DNA from: an uncultured Oscillospiraceae bacterium
Lineage (GTDB): Bacteria > Bacillota > Clostridia > Oscillospirales > Oscillospiraceae
Length of the DNA stretch: 64,000 bases
Direction: 5' to 3'
Assembly (NCBI GenBank): GCA_964553775.1
Contig: CAZKLU010000003.1
Location: 171 to 64,170 of the forward strand
Each line of letters opens with the position of its first letter. Within the stretch, counting starts at the first letter, position 1. Both the position numbers and the translations under genes were made by a program. Below the pieces are notes generated by a model. That model had not been told where the DNA came from and did no database searches. It worked only from the letters and a program-made list of their open reading frames with translations. Below are positions 45,853 to 56,030 of this stretch, one piece after another.

Positions 45853-47352
45853 ATGGAAATAATTAAACTTTCACCTCGCCTTGAGGCTGTCGTGAAACTC
45901 GCGGGTACTCCGGAGCGCGTACTTGACGTTGGCACCGACCACGGCTATGTACCCATATACTACGCTCAGAACGGCTGCAAGCGTGTTGCCGCTTCGGATG
46001 TACGCCGTGACCCGTTGAAAAGCGCGGTCGCTCATGCCCGTGAATATGGTGTTCAGAAAAAAATTGAGTTTTATCTTACAAGCGGCGTTCAGGGAATAGG
46101 CTCTGGCTTCGATACCGTAATTATTGCCGGTATGGGCGGTGAGACAGTCATTTCTATACTCAAACCCGCCGCGTGGCTGAAAAAGGTTCCGCGTATAGTC
46201 ATTGAGCCTCAGAGCAAGCTGCCGGAGCTTTGTATCTGGCTCCGTGATAACGGTTTTTCGCCTGTGGATGCCTGCATTGTCAAAGATTCCGGTAAACTCT
46301 ACGCAGCGTTCTCCGTTACCGGTGACGCTCAGACCGCCGGAACCTCTGATTTCAGAGACGCTGTAAGCAGCTTTGTACTGAACCCGCTCTACAGAAGACG
46401 CGACCCTCTTCTTATAGAGTATATCGACATACTCATGGAAAAAAATAAACGCGCAATTGATGGCAGTCTCAAAGCGGCAAAACGTGACGAGACACGCATT
46501 GAGGTTCTGCGGGAGCGTGTGTGTACTTTGGAGAAATGGAGGAACAGAATGGAACACGATACAACGGTTAGCGATATATACGATGCTCTTTGTGAGCTTG
46601 CGCCGATTGAGTGGAAGTACGACTTCGACAATCCCGGACTTCTCGTTGGAAGCCCCTTACAAACTGTTAAAACAGCTCTTGTCGCTCTTGACATAACCGA
46701 TGATGTCATAGACGAGGCAACAAAACTCGGCGCGGAGCTTATAGTATCGCACCATCCTCTCATATTCAGTAAGCTCTCGAAAGTCAGGGAGGACGATATA
46801 GTCGGACGCAAGATAGCCGCGCTCATTAAAAACGGTATCAGCGCGATTTGTATGCACACAAATCTTGATGTAGCTCCCGGCGGTGTGAATGACGCTCTTG
46901 CGGACGCTCTCAGGCTTCATGACACCGAACCGATAACAATTGACGGCACTGACAGTTCCGAACAGCTCTACGGTATGGGGAGAGTCGGCACAATAGTTGA
47001 AATGGACTTTGAGGACTTTCTTAAAACTGTAAAAACCGTACTTGGGGCAAACGGGCTTCGCTATGTAAAGTCAACTGACAAGGTAAATTGCGTTGCTGTC
47101 TGCGGCGGCGCGGGAGGTTCAGAGTTGCCGCTTGCTGTAAACACCTTGTGCGACACTTATGTTACAGCCGACTGCAAATATAATAACTTCCTTGATGCTA
47201 AAGACTACGGCATAAATCTCATAGACGCGGGACACTTCCCGACGGAGAACGTCGTAATTAAACCGGTTGTGAGCTTCTTATCAGAGCGTTATCCTGAGAT
47301 TAAATTTATGATCTCGAAAGTACACAATCAGATCGAACAGTTCTACACATAA
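45853..47352 (+). CDS. trmK: Fusion protein: tRNA (adenine22-N1)-methyltransferase TrmK (N-terminal half) plus Nif3-family dinuclear metal centre protein (C-terminal half)
   Basis: Residues 1 to about 230 read LSPRLEAV...DVGTDHGYVPIYY...IIAGMGGETV, as in B. subtilis YqfN. Residues from about 240 to 499 read VALDITDDVIDEA...LIVSHHPLIF...MHTNLD...DAGHF (NIF3/DUF34). It is a single uninterrupted frame. Confidence 0.85.
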   Translation: MEIIKLSPRLEAVVKLAGTPERVLDVGTDHGYVPIYYAQNGCKRVAASDVRRDPLKSAVAHAREYGVQKKIEFYLTSGVQGIGSGFDTVIIAGMGGETVISILKPAAWLKKVPRIVIEPQSKLPELCIWLRDNGFSPVDACIVKDSGKLYAAFSVTGDAQTAGTSDFRDAVSSFVLNPLYRRRDPLLIEYIDILMEKNKRAIDGSLKAAKRDETRIEVLRERVCTLEKWRNRMEHDTTVSDIYDALCELAPIEWKYDFDNPGLLVGSPLQTVKTALVALDITDDVIDEATKLGAELIVSHHPLIFSKLSKVREDDIVGRKIAALIKNGISAICMHTNLDVAPGGVNDALADALRLHDTEPITIDGTDSSEQLYGMGRVGTIVEMDFEDFLKTVKTVLGANGLRYVKSTDKVNCVAVCGGAGGSELPLAVNTLCDTYVTADCKYNNFLDAKDYGINLIDAGHFPTENVVIKPVVSFLSERYPEIKFMISKVHNQIEQFYT

Positions 47353-47406
47353 ATAATTTATTGCGCCGCATCCTGATAAGGAGCGGCAGCAGGAGGTAAA
47401 ATTAAA

Positions 47407-48003
47407 ATGGAAAATGCAAAAACCAGCAGCGGGATTAAGAGACTTGTTCTCATGTCACTTTTCACAGCAATTATAGTTGTTCTGCAGTTAGTAGCTTCGG
47501 CTATAAAGCTTGGACCGTTCTCAATTACACTTGTACTCGCACCGATAGTAGTCGGAGCGGCACTGTGCGGACCGGCAGCGGGTGCGATACTTGGCGGTGT
47601 GTTCGGAATAGTTGTGATGATTTCTGGCGATGCGGCAGCTTTCATGACAATAAACGCGGTTGGAACCGTGATAACTGTTATGGCGAAAGGCATTCTGTCA
47701 GGCTGGGCAGCAGGACTTATCTACAGAGCGTTGGAGCCAAAAAACGGATTTTTGGCATCCATAATGTCCGCTGTGGCTTCGCCGATTGTCAATACCGGAG
47801 TGTTTTTAATAGGCTGCGCGATATTCTTCATGCCAACAATAACAGCGTGGGGAGAAGCGGCGGGAATGAACGCTTTCTCATATATGATATTCGGTCTTGT
47901 GGGACTTAATTTTGTTGTGGAATTTGCTGTAAATGTTGTGCTTGCCGGTACAATAACAACGCTCGTGCGTGTCGGGCGGAAAACGCTGCATATTTCGCAG
48001 TAA
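47407..48003 (+). CDS. ECF-transporter S component (substrate not assignable)
   Basis: Six hydrophobic helices, about 200 aa, Gly/Ala-rich S-component-like pattern. Confidence 0.6.
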   Translation: MENAKTSSGIKRLVLMSLFTAIIVVLQLVASAIKLGPFSITLVLAPIVVGAALCGPAAGAILGGVFGIVVMISGDAAAFMTINAVGTVITVMAKGILSGWAAGLIYRALEPKNGFLASIMSAVASPIVNTGVFLIGCAIFFMPTITAWGEAAGMNAFSYMIFGLVGLNFVVEFAVNVVLAGTITTLVRVGRKTLHISQ

Positions 48004-48583
48004 TGGTTATATATACTAAAATCTTGTTTTATTATATTTCTCCTGAATCCATGAAACCCGGAATCTCGCACACCACCAAATAACAGGCTTCAACGCGGGA
48101 GGCTCCGTCTGAAATCTGGAGCTTCTGAGTCGGAAACCTTTGGTCACGAAAGCGGGACGGCACTTAGAAAATAAGAGCTTATCCACAAATTTTCAGTGCG
48201 CCGATTGCACTGTCAGATTTTGCGCCGGACAATGGCAATTTGAAAGGCTGCCTGTGTATGGCAAGAAAAATCGTCAAAGTATGGCACAAAATTTGCAGGC
48301 ACTCGGCGCACTTGGAATACCGTGATAAGCTTTAAGGAAACTCTGAATAAATCGGAGAGAACGATTTGCGAGAGATTTTTCGTCAAAAAAAGCGCGAAAA
48401 CACAGGAATACTTGATGTATTTCAAGTTTGAAGGATGTATTTCTGGCGAAAGAACCGCAAAGTGCCGATGACGCATTTGTTCAGAGGTTTCTTAGGTTTC
48501 ACGGATTCAGATTTACGGTTTTGAGCCAATGTCATTAGCTTCATCAAAATATCCTGCTGTACAAAAGCCGCGTCCACGGAAGC

Positions 48584-48614
48584 CGGAAGCTTTATAGTGC
48601 TTCCGTTACTTTTT
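48584..48614 (+). terminator. Rho-independent terminator at the end of a 0.6-kb non-coding stretch
   Basis: CGGAAGC-8 nt-GCTTCCG followed by TTACTTTTT. Confidence 0.5.
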
Positions 48615-48713
48615 GGTATGTGGTGGAATACGGCAGGTAATTTCAAATTCGTTAAACTTATGACACTGGGCTTTGAGATAAACTTCACAGCTTAAATAGA
48701 AAGTGGGTATAGT

Positions 48714-49478
48714 ATGATACTTGCGATTGATATAGGCAATACGCATACAGTTCTCGGATTTATCGAGGGCGGCGGGATATGCAAAACAGTCCGCGTCGCT
48801 ACAAACACTCTCAAAACGGATTTTGAATACGCAATCTATCTTCACAATATGTTTTCACTATATAATCTGTCACCCGACAATATAGACGGCGCGATAATAT
48901 CATCAGTAGTACCGCCGCTGACAGGTAATCTTGTAAAAGCCGTGGAGCTTTCGGTGAAGGTCACGCCGCTTGTAGTTGGCAAGGGAATCAAAACAGGTGT
49001 AAATCTTCAAATAGACGATCCGGGAACTGCGGGAGCCGACCTTGTAGCCGCCGCAGCCGGTGCGCTTGCCGAGTACAAGCCGCCGCTATGTATAATCGAT
49101 ATGGGTACAGCGACTACTATATCAGTGATTGACAGACACGGAGCGTTCATAGGCGGCAGTATATGTCCCGGTGTTGCGTTGGGGCTATCGGCGTTAAGCT
49201 CTGGAACATCGCAGCTTCCGAATGTCTCGCTTGACGCTCCGAAGCATTGTATCGGGCGAAATACGGTGGACTCAATCAAGAGCGGAAGTATTTTAGGAGC
49301 GGCAGCTATGATTGACGGAATGGTAGACAGAATAGAATCGGAACTCGGAGATAAGGTCACCGCTGTCGCTACCGGAGGAATCGCGGCGAGCGTCATACCT
49401 CTGTGCCGAAAAAAAATCGATGTCAATGAGAACCTCCTTCTGCACGGGCTTTGGGCTATATATAAGAAAAACAAATAA
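48714..49478 (+). CDS. coaX: Type III pantothenate kinase
   Basis: ILAIDIGNTHT, DMGTATT and ATGG motifs. Confidence 0.9.
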   Translation: MILAIDIGNTHTVLGFIEGGGICKTVRVATNTLKTDFEYAIYLHNMFSLYNLSPDNIDGAIISSVVPPLTGNLVKAVELSVKVTPLVVGKGIKTGVNLQIDDPGTAGADLVAAAAGALAEYKPPLCIIDMGTATTISVIDRHGAFIGGSICPGVALGLSALSSGTSQLPNVSLDAPKHCIGRNTVDSIKSGSILGAAAMIDGMVDRIESELGDKVTAVATGGIAASVIPLCRKKIDVNENLLLHGLWAIYKKNK

Positions 49479-49587
49479 AAGCGTAAACTGCGCGTATTGT
49501 ATGTCAAACTGATTTCAAATCCCGAAACGGTGTATAATAACCAAATACAATGGGTGCGTCTTGATGTATCCGTGTGCAAAATTGCCC

Positions 49588-49616
49588 TTGACATACAATG
49601 GAAAGTCTGATAGAAT
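49588..49616 (+). promoter_or_regulatory. Sigma-A promoter of the valS leader
   Basis: TTGACA - 17 nt - TAGAAT, with extended TGa. Confidence 0.7.
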
Positions 49617-49629
49617 TTATTATAATTGA

Positions 49630-49936
49630 ATCATAAAAAGGCTGTGACGGGAAGTAGTAACCCCATTTAAAGCTGTCTCAGAGAGGAGCCGTTTGGTGCG
49701 AGGCTCCGTCGGCATGGAGTGAAGTCATCCCTGAGCTTCAACGGTGAACTTAGTATCCTGAGCGTTTCATCGCGTTCGCGCTTAGTGCTGCCCCGCGTAT
49801 AAATGGAACCAACGATATTTCAGTAGCCGCTGACGGCTGACCGCGTTATAGGTTACGAGTGTCCCCGCAAGGGGGAACTCAGGTGGTACCGCGCTTTATT
49901 GCGCCCTGAGATTTTTCTCAGGGCGTTTCGTTTTTC
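49630..49936 (+). promoter_or_regulatory. T-box leader with a valine specifier
   Basis: Stem I AGAGAGG element. Specifier loop GAA-GUC-A (GUC at 49724-49726). T-box AACUCAGGUGGUACCGCG. Terminator GCGCCCTGAGA/TCTCAGGGCG with a T-run at 49901-49935. Confidence 0.85.
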
Positions 49937-50086
49937 CTTCGGTCATTTACTAAAGCGTATTGATTTGCCATTAGTGCTTTTTATTTGCAAGTCAAAATGT
50001 ATGCGCGGTCAGCTCCGCCAATTCGCGTCAAATCTTCAAAACTGAAACTTGTTTCTGTTTTGAACATACTTTCAGGAGGATACGAT

Positions 50087-52696
50087 ATGAAAGAACTTCC
50101 AAAAATCTACGATCCCAAAAGTGTCGAGAAGAAAATCTATGATATGTGGATGGAAAACGGGTATTTTCACGCTGAACGCGACCCGTCTAAGAAACCGTTT
50201 ACAATCGTCATACCGCCGCCAAATGTCACAGGGCAGCTTCATCTTGGACACGCTTTCGATGAGACAATTCAGGATATTCTCATTCGCTATAAACGCATGA
50301 AAGGCTACAGTGCGCTCTGGCTGCCCGGTTACGACCACGCCGGTATAGCCACACAAATCAAAGTTGAAGAGGTTCTGCGTAATGAAGAGGGTCTTACTCG
50401 CTTCGATTTGGGTCAGGAAAAGTTCCTTGAGCGCGTCTGGGACTGGAAGAATAAGTACGGCGACAGAATTGTTGAGCAGCTCAAAAAGCTCGGCTCGTCC
50501 TGCGACTGGGAAAGGCAACGTTTCACGATGGACGAGGGATGCTCGAAGGCAGTGCGCGAGGTGTTCTGTTCGCTCTACGAAAAGGGACTTATCTACAGAG
50601 GCAAGCGCATAATAAACTGGTGTCCCCACTGCACAACGGCTCTTTCAGACGCGGAAGTCGAATATGAGGAAAAGCCCGGACATCTCTGGTACATTCGTTA
50701 CCCGCTCTCCGATGGCTCCGGCGAGGTGATTGTGGCTACAACGCGCCCCGAAACGATGCTTGGTGATACCGGTGTCGCTGTGAACCCGAACGATGAACGG
50801 TACAAGGATATAGTTGGCAAGATGTGCATACTCCCGCTTGTCGGACGCGAAATGCCGATTGTAGCTGATGAATACGTTGATATGGAGTTCGGCACCGGCT
50901 GTGTTAAAATGACACCATGCCACGACCCGAACGACTTTGAGGTTGGTCTGCGCCATAATTTAGAGCAGATACTCGTGATAGACGGCGATGGAAAAATTAT
51001 AAACGGCGGCAAATATAACGGTATGGACAGATACGAGGCGCGTGAAGCTATACTGCGCGACCTTGAGCAGCAGGGGTATCTTGTAAAAGTTGAAGACCAC
51101 ATACACAACGTCGGCACCTGTTACCGCTGCCACAACGATGTGGAACCTCTCGCGTCCGACCAGTGGTTTGTGAAGATGCAGCCTCTCGCAAAAGACGCTA
51201 TGCAGGTTGTGGAGGACGGCAGAATAAAGTTTGTGCCTGACAGATTCTCAAAGACGTATCTCAACTGGATGAAGAACGTGCGAGACTGGTGCATATCACG
51301 TCAGCTCTGGTGGGGACACCGTATTCCCGCATGGCACTGCCGCGACTGCAAACACATCACGGTTTCACGCACCGACCCGACAGAGTGCGAGAAGTGCGGT
51401 TCAAAAAACATTTATCGCGACCCCGATGTGCTTGACACTTGGTTCTCTTCCGCACTGTGGCCGTTTGAGACGCTCGGCTGGCCAGATGAGACGGAGGATT
51501 ATAAGTACTTCTATCCCACTGATGTTCTTGTGACCGGGTACGATATAATATTCTTCTGGGTGGCAAGAATGATATTCTCCGGTATGGAACATACTAAGCA
51601 GCCCCCGTTCCACACAGTTTTAATACACGGTCTCATACGCGATGCCGATGGACGCAAATTCTCCAAATCACTCGGAAACGGCGTTGACCCGATAGAAGTT
51701 ATTGACAAATACGGAGCGGACGCTCTGAGATTCAATATCATAACAGGCAACTCCCCCGGAAATGACACACGCTTTTATCCGGAGAGGTGCGAGGCTATGC
51801 GAAACTTCGCGAACAAAATCTGGAACGCCTCACGATTTGTAATGATGAATCTGACTATTGAGGACTGCACTCTTCCGGAGAATCTTCAGCTCCCCGACAA
51901 ATGGATACTTTCGCGGCTCAACACTCTGACGAAGGATGTCACGGACAATTTTGAGAAATACGAGCTTGGTATAGCCGCGCAGAACATCTATGAGTTCATT
52001 TGGGACACGTTCTGCGACTGGTATATAGAGCTGACGAAGCCGAGACTTGCAGAGGGTGACACAGACACGCAGAGGGTGCTTTTATATACGCTGACACAGC
52101 TATTGAAGCTGCTGCACCCGTTCATGCCATTCATAACCGAGGAAATCTATCAGGCACTTCCGCATGAGGGTGACGCACTAATGGTTCAGCCATACCCAGA
52201 GTACGATGAGAAGCTGTCATATCCAGAGGATGAGGTCGCGTTTGAGACTGTAATGGACGCGATAAAGGCAATACGCAGCCGCAGAGCCGAGATGAACGTA
52301 CCTCCATCCAAAAAGGCGCATTTGATAGTTGTAACGGACAGTGCGGCAACATTTGACAGTGCGGAGGCGTATTTGAAGAAACTCGCGTACTGTGAAAGTG
52401 TGACTGTGCAGAATGTCGAACCCGACTCGATAGACGGCATGGTGTCTGTTGTAACAGGCGGGGCGAAGCTCTATATGCCGCTTGCGGAGCTTGTGGATAT
52501 TGACAAGGAACGCGAAAGAATCAAAAAAGAGCTTGCGAAAGCTGAAGGTCAGAAACTGGCTCAGGAGAAGAAACTGCAAAACGAAAAGTTTGTCTCAAGG
52601 GCACCGGAACAGGTTGTAAAGACCGAGAGGGATAAGCTTGCAAAAGCCGAAGCACTCATAGAGAACCTGACAGCAGCGTTGGCGGCGTTGGGATAA
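50087..52696 (+). CDS. valS: Valine--tRNA ligase
   Basis: HLGH and KFSKS class I motifs, CP1 editing domain, C-terminal coiled coil. Start is ATG 50087 behind CAGGAGG. Confidence 0.95.
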   Translation: MKELPKIYDPKSVEKKIYDMWMENGYFHAERDPSKKPFTIVIPPPNVTGQLHLGHAFDETIQDILIRYKRMKGYSALWLPGYDHAGIATQIKVEEVLRNEEGLTRFDLGQEKFLERVWDWKNKYGDRIVEQLKKLGSSCDWERQRFTMDEGCSKAVREVFCSLYEKGLIYRGKRIINWCPHCTTALSDAEVEYEEKPGHLWYIRYPLSDGSGEVIVATTRPETMLGDTGVAVNPNDERYKDIVGKMCILPLVGREMPIVADEYVDMEFGTGCVKMTPCHDPNDFEVGLRHNLEQILVIDGDGKIINGGKYNGMDRYEAREAILRDLEQQGYLVKVEDHIHNVGTCYRCHNDVEPLASDQWFVKMQPLAKDAMQVVEDGRIKFVPDRFSKTYLNWMKNVRDWCISRQLWWGHRIPAWHCRDCKHITVSRTDPTECEKCGSKNIYRDPDVLDTWFSSALWPFETLGWPDETEDYKYFYPTDVLVTGYDIIFFWVARMIFSGMEHTKQPPFHTVLIHGLIRDADGRKFSKSLGNGVDPIEVIDKYGADALRFNIITGNSPGNDTRFYPERCEAMRNFANKIWNASRFVMMNLTIEDCTLPENLQLPDKWILSRLNTLTKDVTDNFEKYELGIAAQNIYEFIWDTFCDWYIELTKPRLAEGDTDTQRVLLYTLTQLLKLLHPFMPFITEEIYQALPHEGDALMVQPYPEYDEKLSYPEDEVAFETVMDAIKAIRSRRAEMNVPPSKKAHLIVVTDSAATFDSAEAYLKKLAYCESVTVQNVEPDSIDGMVSVVTGGAKLYMPLAELVDIDKERERIKKELAKAEGQKLAQEKKLQNEKFVSRAPEQVVKTERDKLAKAEALIENLTAALAALG

Positions 52697-52759
52697 TACC
52701 CGCAGTCGGTATGAAATAACGATTAAAAATCAGAGATTACAGATTAACAGCGATACTTA

Positions 52760-52789
52760 AAGCCGAAATTCTTTTCGGCTTTATTTTTT
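52760..52789 (+). terminator. Rho-independent terminator of valS
   Basis: AAGCCGAAA-ttct-TTTCGGCTT followed by TATTTTTT. Confidence 0.8.
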
Positions 52790-52855
52790 GCAATTTGGCG
52801 GGGCTGACCAAGCACAAATTTGCGAAAATTTCCATGTTCGCCGACATAACAGCTT

Positions 52856-54154
52856 CTACACTCCCCTGCCGATGCCGTTTCCATGTTTTTTTGACAGGCA
52901 GATGCCGGTTGTCACGGCGGCTGTCAAAAACAAAACAGCGCAGACAACGCACATATAGTTTTCGCTTGTCTCCGTGTTCCCTTTATAAATTATTACCTTG
53001 TCGTATTCTCCGTCTCCATCGCTGTCTACATGGAGACTGCTCCTTTTTCCAACGCTAACGAGTGTATCCACAGTTGTCGATGGCGTAACCGGTATATTCT
53101 TAAAATTACGCATATCAGAGTAACTTCCCTCCTCGTCCATAAACGCTATAGTGCAATTCATCGTGCCGTTACCTGTGCCTGTAATCCTGAGCGGATAGTC
53201 CGTGCCCTCTTTCAAACGCAGAATTTTAACATCTCCCTCCTCGCTCTTCTCAAACGACAGTGTTCCAAAGTTGGTACGCTGATTCTCTCTGCACAGAGTC
53301 TCACCGCTGACACTTACCGATACATCCACCGGACACGCGACACTAATATAAATATATCTCCCTCCGTTCATTACATCCGCCACATCACTGAAAACAAATT
53401 TCAATGAATCGACATCTCCCACTTCATAATGGCACCCATCGCTTGCTATAAGCTCAAGAAGCTCCTGCGCCGATATTGTTTCCTTCTGGCTCAGTGACTT
53501 GAAAAAGCCTATTGTGTAGATTGTCACATTATCCTTTTTTATCTCATCGGTGTACGATGTAAGTTTCTCGCCTACAAGTCCAAGATTTGGCTTTCCGTCA
53601 CTCATCATAACGATAGTTTTTCTCTCGGCTCCGCTGCATCTCAGCAGCTCAAACGCGGTGGAAAGTCCCTCGTACATATTTGTTTTTCCTCCGGCTTCAA
53701 TAGCGTTTATGCACTCCGTAAGCTGAACCATATCATCGGAAAAGCCGGATATTGTCTCGGCATCTGTGCTGTACGCGATAACAGCGAGAGCTTGTTCCTC
53801 TCTCATTATTGATTCTGTGAAAGCTATGGCAGCTTGTTTTGTTTCCTCCATGGACTTTCCAATCATGCTGTTTGAGCAGTCTATAAGCAGCACAACCGCC
53901 TGTTGAACTCCCGTATCGTACTGCACATCAGCGTAAGAGTCAATAGTCATCACTCCTGCACACAGCAAAATCACTGTTGTGACGCTTATGCCTACCGACA
54001 ACAGGTTCGTTTGAATATGAGCAAATGCTTTCAGCTTGCGAAATAATGTTTTTGTCAAACGCAAGAATACCGCCTCCAAAAAAATCCGACAAGACGTATG
54101 TCTTATCGGATTATTATATTTAATTTGGAAGCGTAATATTATACTCAAAGCCAC
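52856..54154 (-). CDS. Membrane-anchored von Willebrand factor A (VWA) domain protein
   Basis: MIDAS-type VVLLIDCSNSM and MMSDG. There is an N-terminal TM helix, a beta-rich middle region and a C-terminal TM helix. The real start may be TTG 54064 behind GGAGG. Confidence 0.8.
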   Translation of the reverse strand: MALSIILRFQIKYNNPIRHTSCRIFLEAVFLRLTKTLFRKLKAFAHIQTNLLSVGISVTTVILLCAGVMTIDSYADVQYDTGVQQAVVLLIDCSNSMIGKSMEETKQAAIAFTESIMREEQALAVIAYSTDAETISGFSDDMVQLTECINAIEAGGKTNMYEGLSTAFELLRCSGAERKTIVMMSDGKPNLGLVGEKLTSYTDEIKKDNVTIYTIGFFKSLSQKETISAQELLELIASDGCHYEVGDVDSLKFVFSDVADVMNGGRYIYISVACPVDVSVSVSGETLCRENQRTNFGTLSFEKSEEGDVKILRLKEGTDYPLRITGTGNGTMNCTIAFMDEEGSYSDMRNFKNIPVTPSTTVDTLVSVGKRSSLHVDSDGDGEYDKVIIYKGNTETSENYMCVVCAVLFLTAAVTTGICLSKKHGNGIGRGV

Positions 54155-54282
54155 AATCTTTCAGAATCTGAGTACGCCCAAGTTCCAGCGTCAAAAGCTG
54201 TTAATCAAATGAAAATATGTCTATTTGTTATCCTTTCACCTGATTTTGCCTCTCATGCAGGACTTTTCATTCATCGGCGTGT

Positions 54283-55938
54283 CTAATTTTGCAGCTTTGT
54301 TCCGCACTCCGTGCAAAACAGGTACGAACCATCAATACGATGACCGCACTTCGGGCAGTAGCTTACCCTGCCCTGTCCCGCTCCAACATCAAACGATGCT
54401 CCCTGAGCATAAGAGGACGCGCCTTTGTTGTCTCCATTTGAAAAACCCTGATTAGACTGCGCCTCAAGCGGGGCTGCCTGTCCCTGTTCGGGCTGAATGT
54501 TAATTTTGCTGTTAAGAGGTATTGTCGGTCCCTGATTTGACAGATAATCACCGTCTCCGGTGCCACCGTTTTGACCGAACTGTGAAGGCTGCGCGTTGTA
54601 ATTTGGTACTTGGTTGAACGGCAGTTCCTGCTGACCGCCGAAATTCTGATTTTGATCAAAGGACTGATTAAATGAGAATGGATTGCTGAACTGGTCAACA
54701 AACTCAATCGGCTGCGTTTCTCCTATTTCCTGCGAATCATTGAGATGTGGAGAATCGCCGACCGGCACTGTGGCTCCAACGTCACCTATTTTGCTCACAC
54801 TCGGATTATTCTGCTGATAAGCACTTGGTGCGTAAATATTGTATGAGGGTGTGCTTTCATACGGTGACACACCTTCAGTTTTCACAAGAGTTGTCGGCTC
54901 CTCATCGCTGTGGTCATTCTCATCGCGATATTTGCTCCAGTCAATCTCCTTGCCGCATTCGGTACAAATGTTCTGACCGCTTGTTATGATAGCTCCGCAG
55001 CTTTCACATCTCACGGTTTTCTGCGTATATTTTGCGGAGTCATTGGATTTAACAGACTCATCTTCCGATGCTGCCGCGATGACTTCATTCTGCACATCAT
55101 CTTCATCATCATCGTCATCATCGAAGTAATCCGCGTTCTCGTTTTCTTCATTACGCTTTTTGCCTGTCAAATCACGTCCGGTACGGGATGCGGTTTCTGC
55201 GGGCTTTGACTTCTCGGTTTGCCTGACTTCAAAAATACTCTGTGTCACCGGTGCCGATACGTCCGTCCTGTTATTGTCGGACGGCATATCATGTGAAAAA
55301 ACAGGCTGTGTAACGTCAGTATTTGGCTGTTCATCTTGCCGTAAACTGAAAATACTCTGCGTTACCGGCGCTGATACATTCGCTTTGTTGTTGTCAGATA
55401 GCGTGTCATTCGGAAAAACAGGCTGCGTGCTGCCAGTAACATCATCAAGATTTACGAAGCCTGTCATTGGTATTACATCATCATAATCAGGAGGTTCTTT
55501 TGCGCTTATCGGCATTGTTACACCTGGAACCTCAACACTGCTGTTCATACTTCCAAAAAAGTCAGTTTGAATGTTATCCGGCGTGTCTTCCTGTGCTGAG
55601 CCGAAATCATCCTCCGCCGAAGCTTTTGCCAGAGTGCCGTAATCCTCGCTTTGTTCTTCCGATTCGGAAGCGACCGCTTTTACACCGCCGCGAAGCTCAG
55701 AGATATTTTGCTCCAAATCATCTATGTTCATCACAATATCTGAAAACTCCGCTCTTGCCGCGTCCTTGTGTCGTGAGACGTAAAGCTTTCCGACAAGCCG
55801 GTACGCATTGTCAAGCTCCGTTTGCAGCCTGTCAAGCTTGGTGTTCACCCTTGCGGACTCCGCAAGCTCTAAAAGCTTTTTCATCTCAGACATTCTTTGC
55901 GGATCCATATCCAGCCCTATATCTTTGCTGTCGTGCAT
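54283..55938 (-). CDS. Zinc-ribbon protein with an N-terminal coiled coil, an acidic disordered core, a tandem 39-aa repeat and a Q/N-rich tail
   Basis: Two CxxC-N-CxxC ribbons: CESCG..CTECG and CPKCG..CTECG. No TM helix. Start is ATG 55938 behind GGGAGGG. Confidence 0.7.
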   Translation of the reverse strand: MHDSKDIGLDMDPQRMSEMKKLLELAESARVNTKLDRLQTELDNAYRLVGKLYVSRHKDAARAEFSDIVMNIDDLEQNISELRGGVKAVASESEEQSEDYGTLAKASAEDDFGSAQEDTPDNIQTDFFGSMNSSVEVPGVTMPISAKEPPDYDDVIPMTGFVNLDDVTGSTQPVFPNDTLSDNNKANVSAPVTQSIFSLRQDEQPNTDVTQPVFSHDMPSDNNRTDVSAPVTQSIFEVRQTEKSKPAETASRTGRDLTGKKRNEENENADYFDDDDDDEDDVQNEVIAAASEDESVKSNDSAKYTQKTVRCESCGAIITSGQNICTECGKEIDWSKYRDENDHSDEEPTTLVKTEGVSPYESTPSYNIYAPSAYQQNNPSVSKIGDVGATVPVGDSPHLNDSQEIGETQPIEFVDQFSNPFSFNQSFDQNQNFGGQQELPFNQVPNYNAQPSQFGQNGGTGDGDYLSNQGPTIPLNSKINIQPEQGQAAPLEAQSNQGFSNGDNKGASSYAQGASFDVGAGQGRVSYCPKCGHRIDGSYLFCTECGTKLQN

Positions 55939-56030
55939 TATTTCTGTCCCTCCCACGTTTAATATCTTATTATACTCAATTATATCTAAAACACGAAATT
56001 TCACACTCACCCACGAAGCGCAAGCATATA

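Noticed and set aside
12424-49594. Other long antisense ORFs: 12424..13032(-), 23416..24072(-), 31475..32107(+), 36698..37234(-), 39244..39834(-), 45871..46557(-), 46389..46859(-), 49007..49594(-)
   Set aside because: Each lies wholly opposite a gene with strong family motifs (oppF-like, galU, clpC, feoA, feoB, trmK-NIF3, coaX). None has an SD or a recognisable domain.
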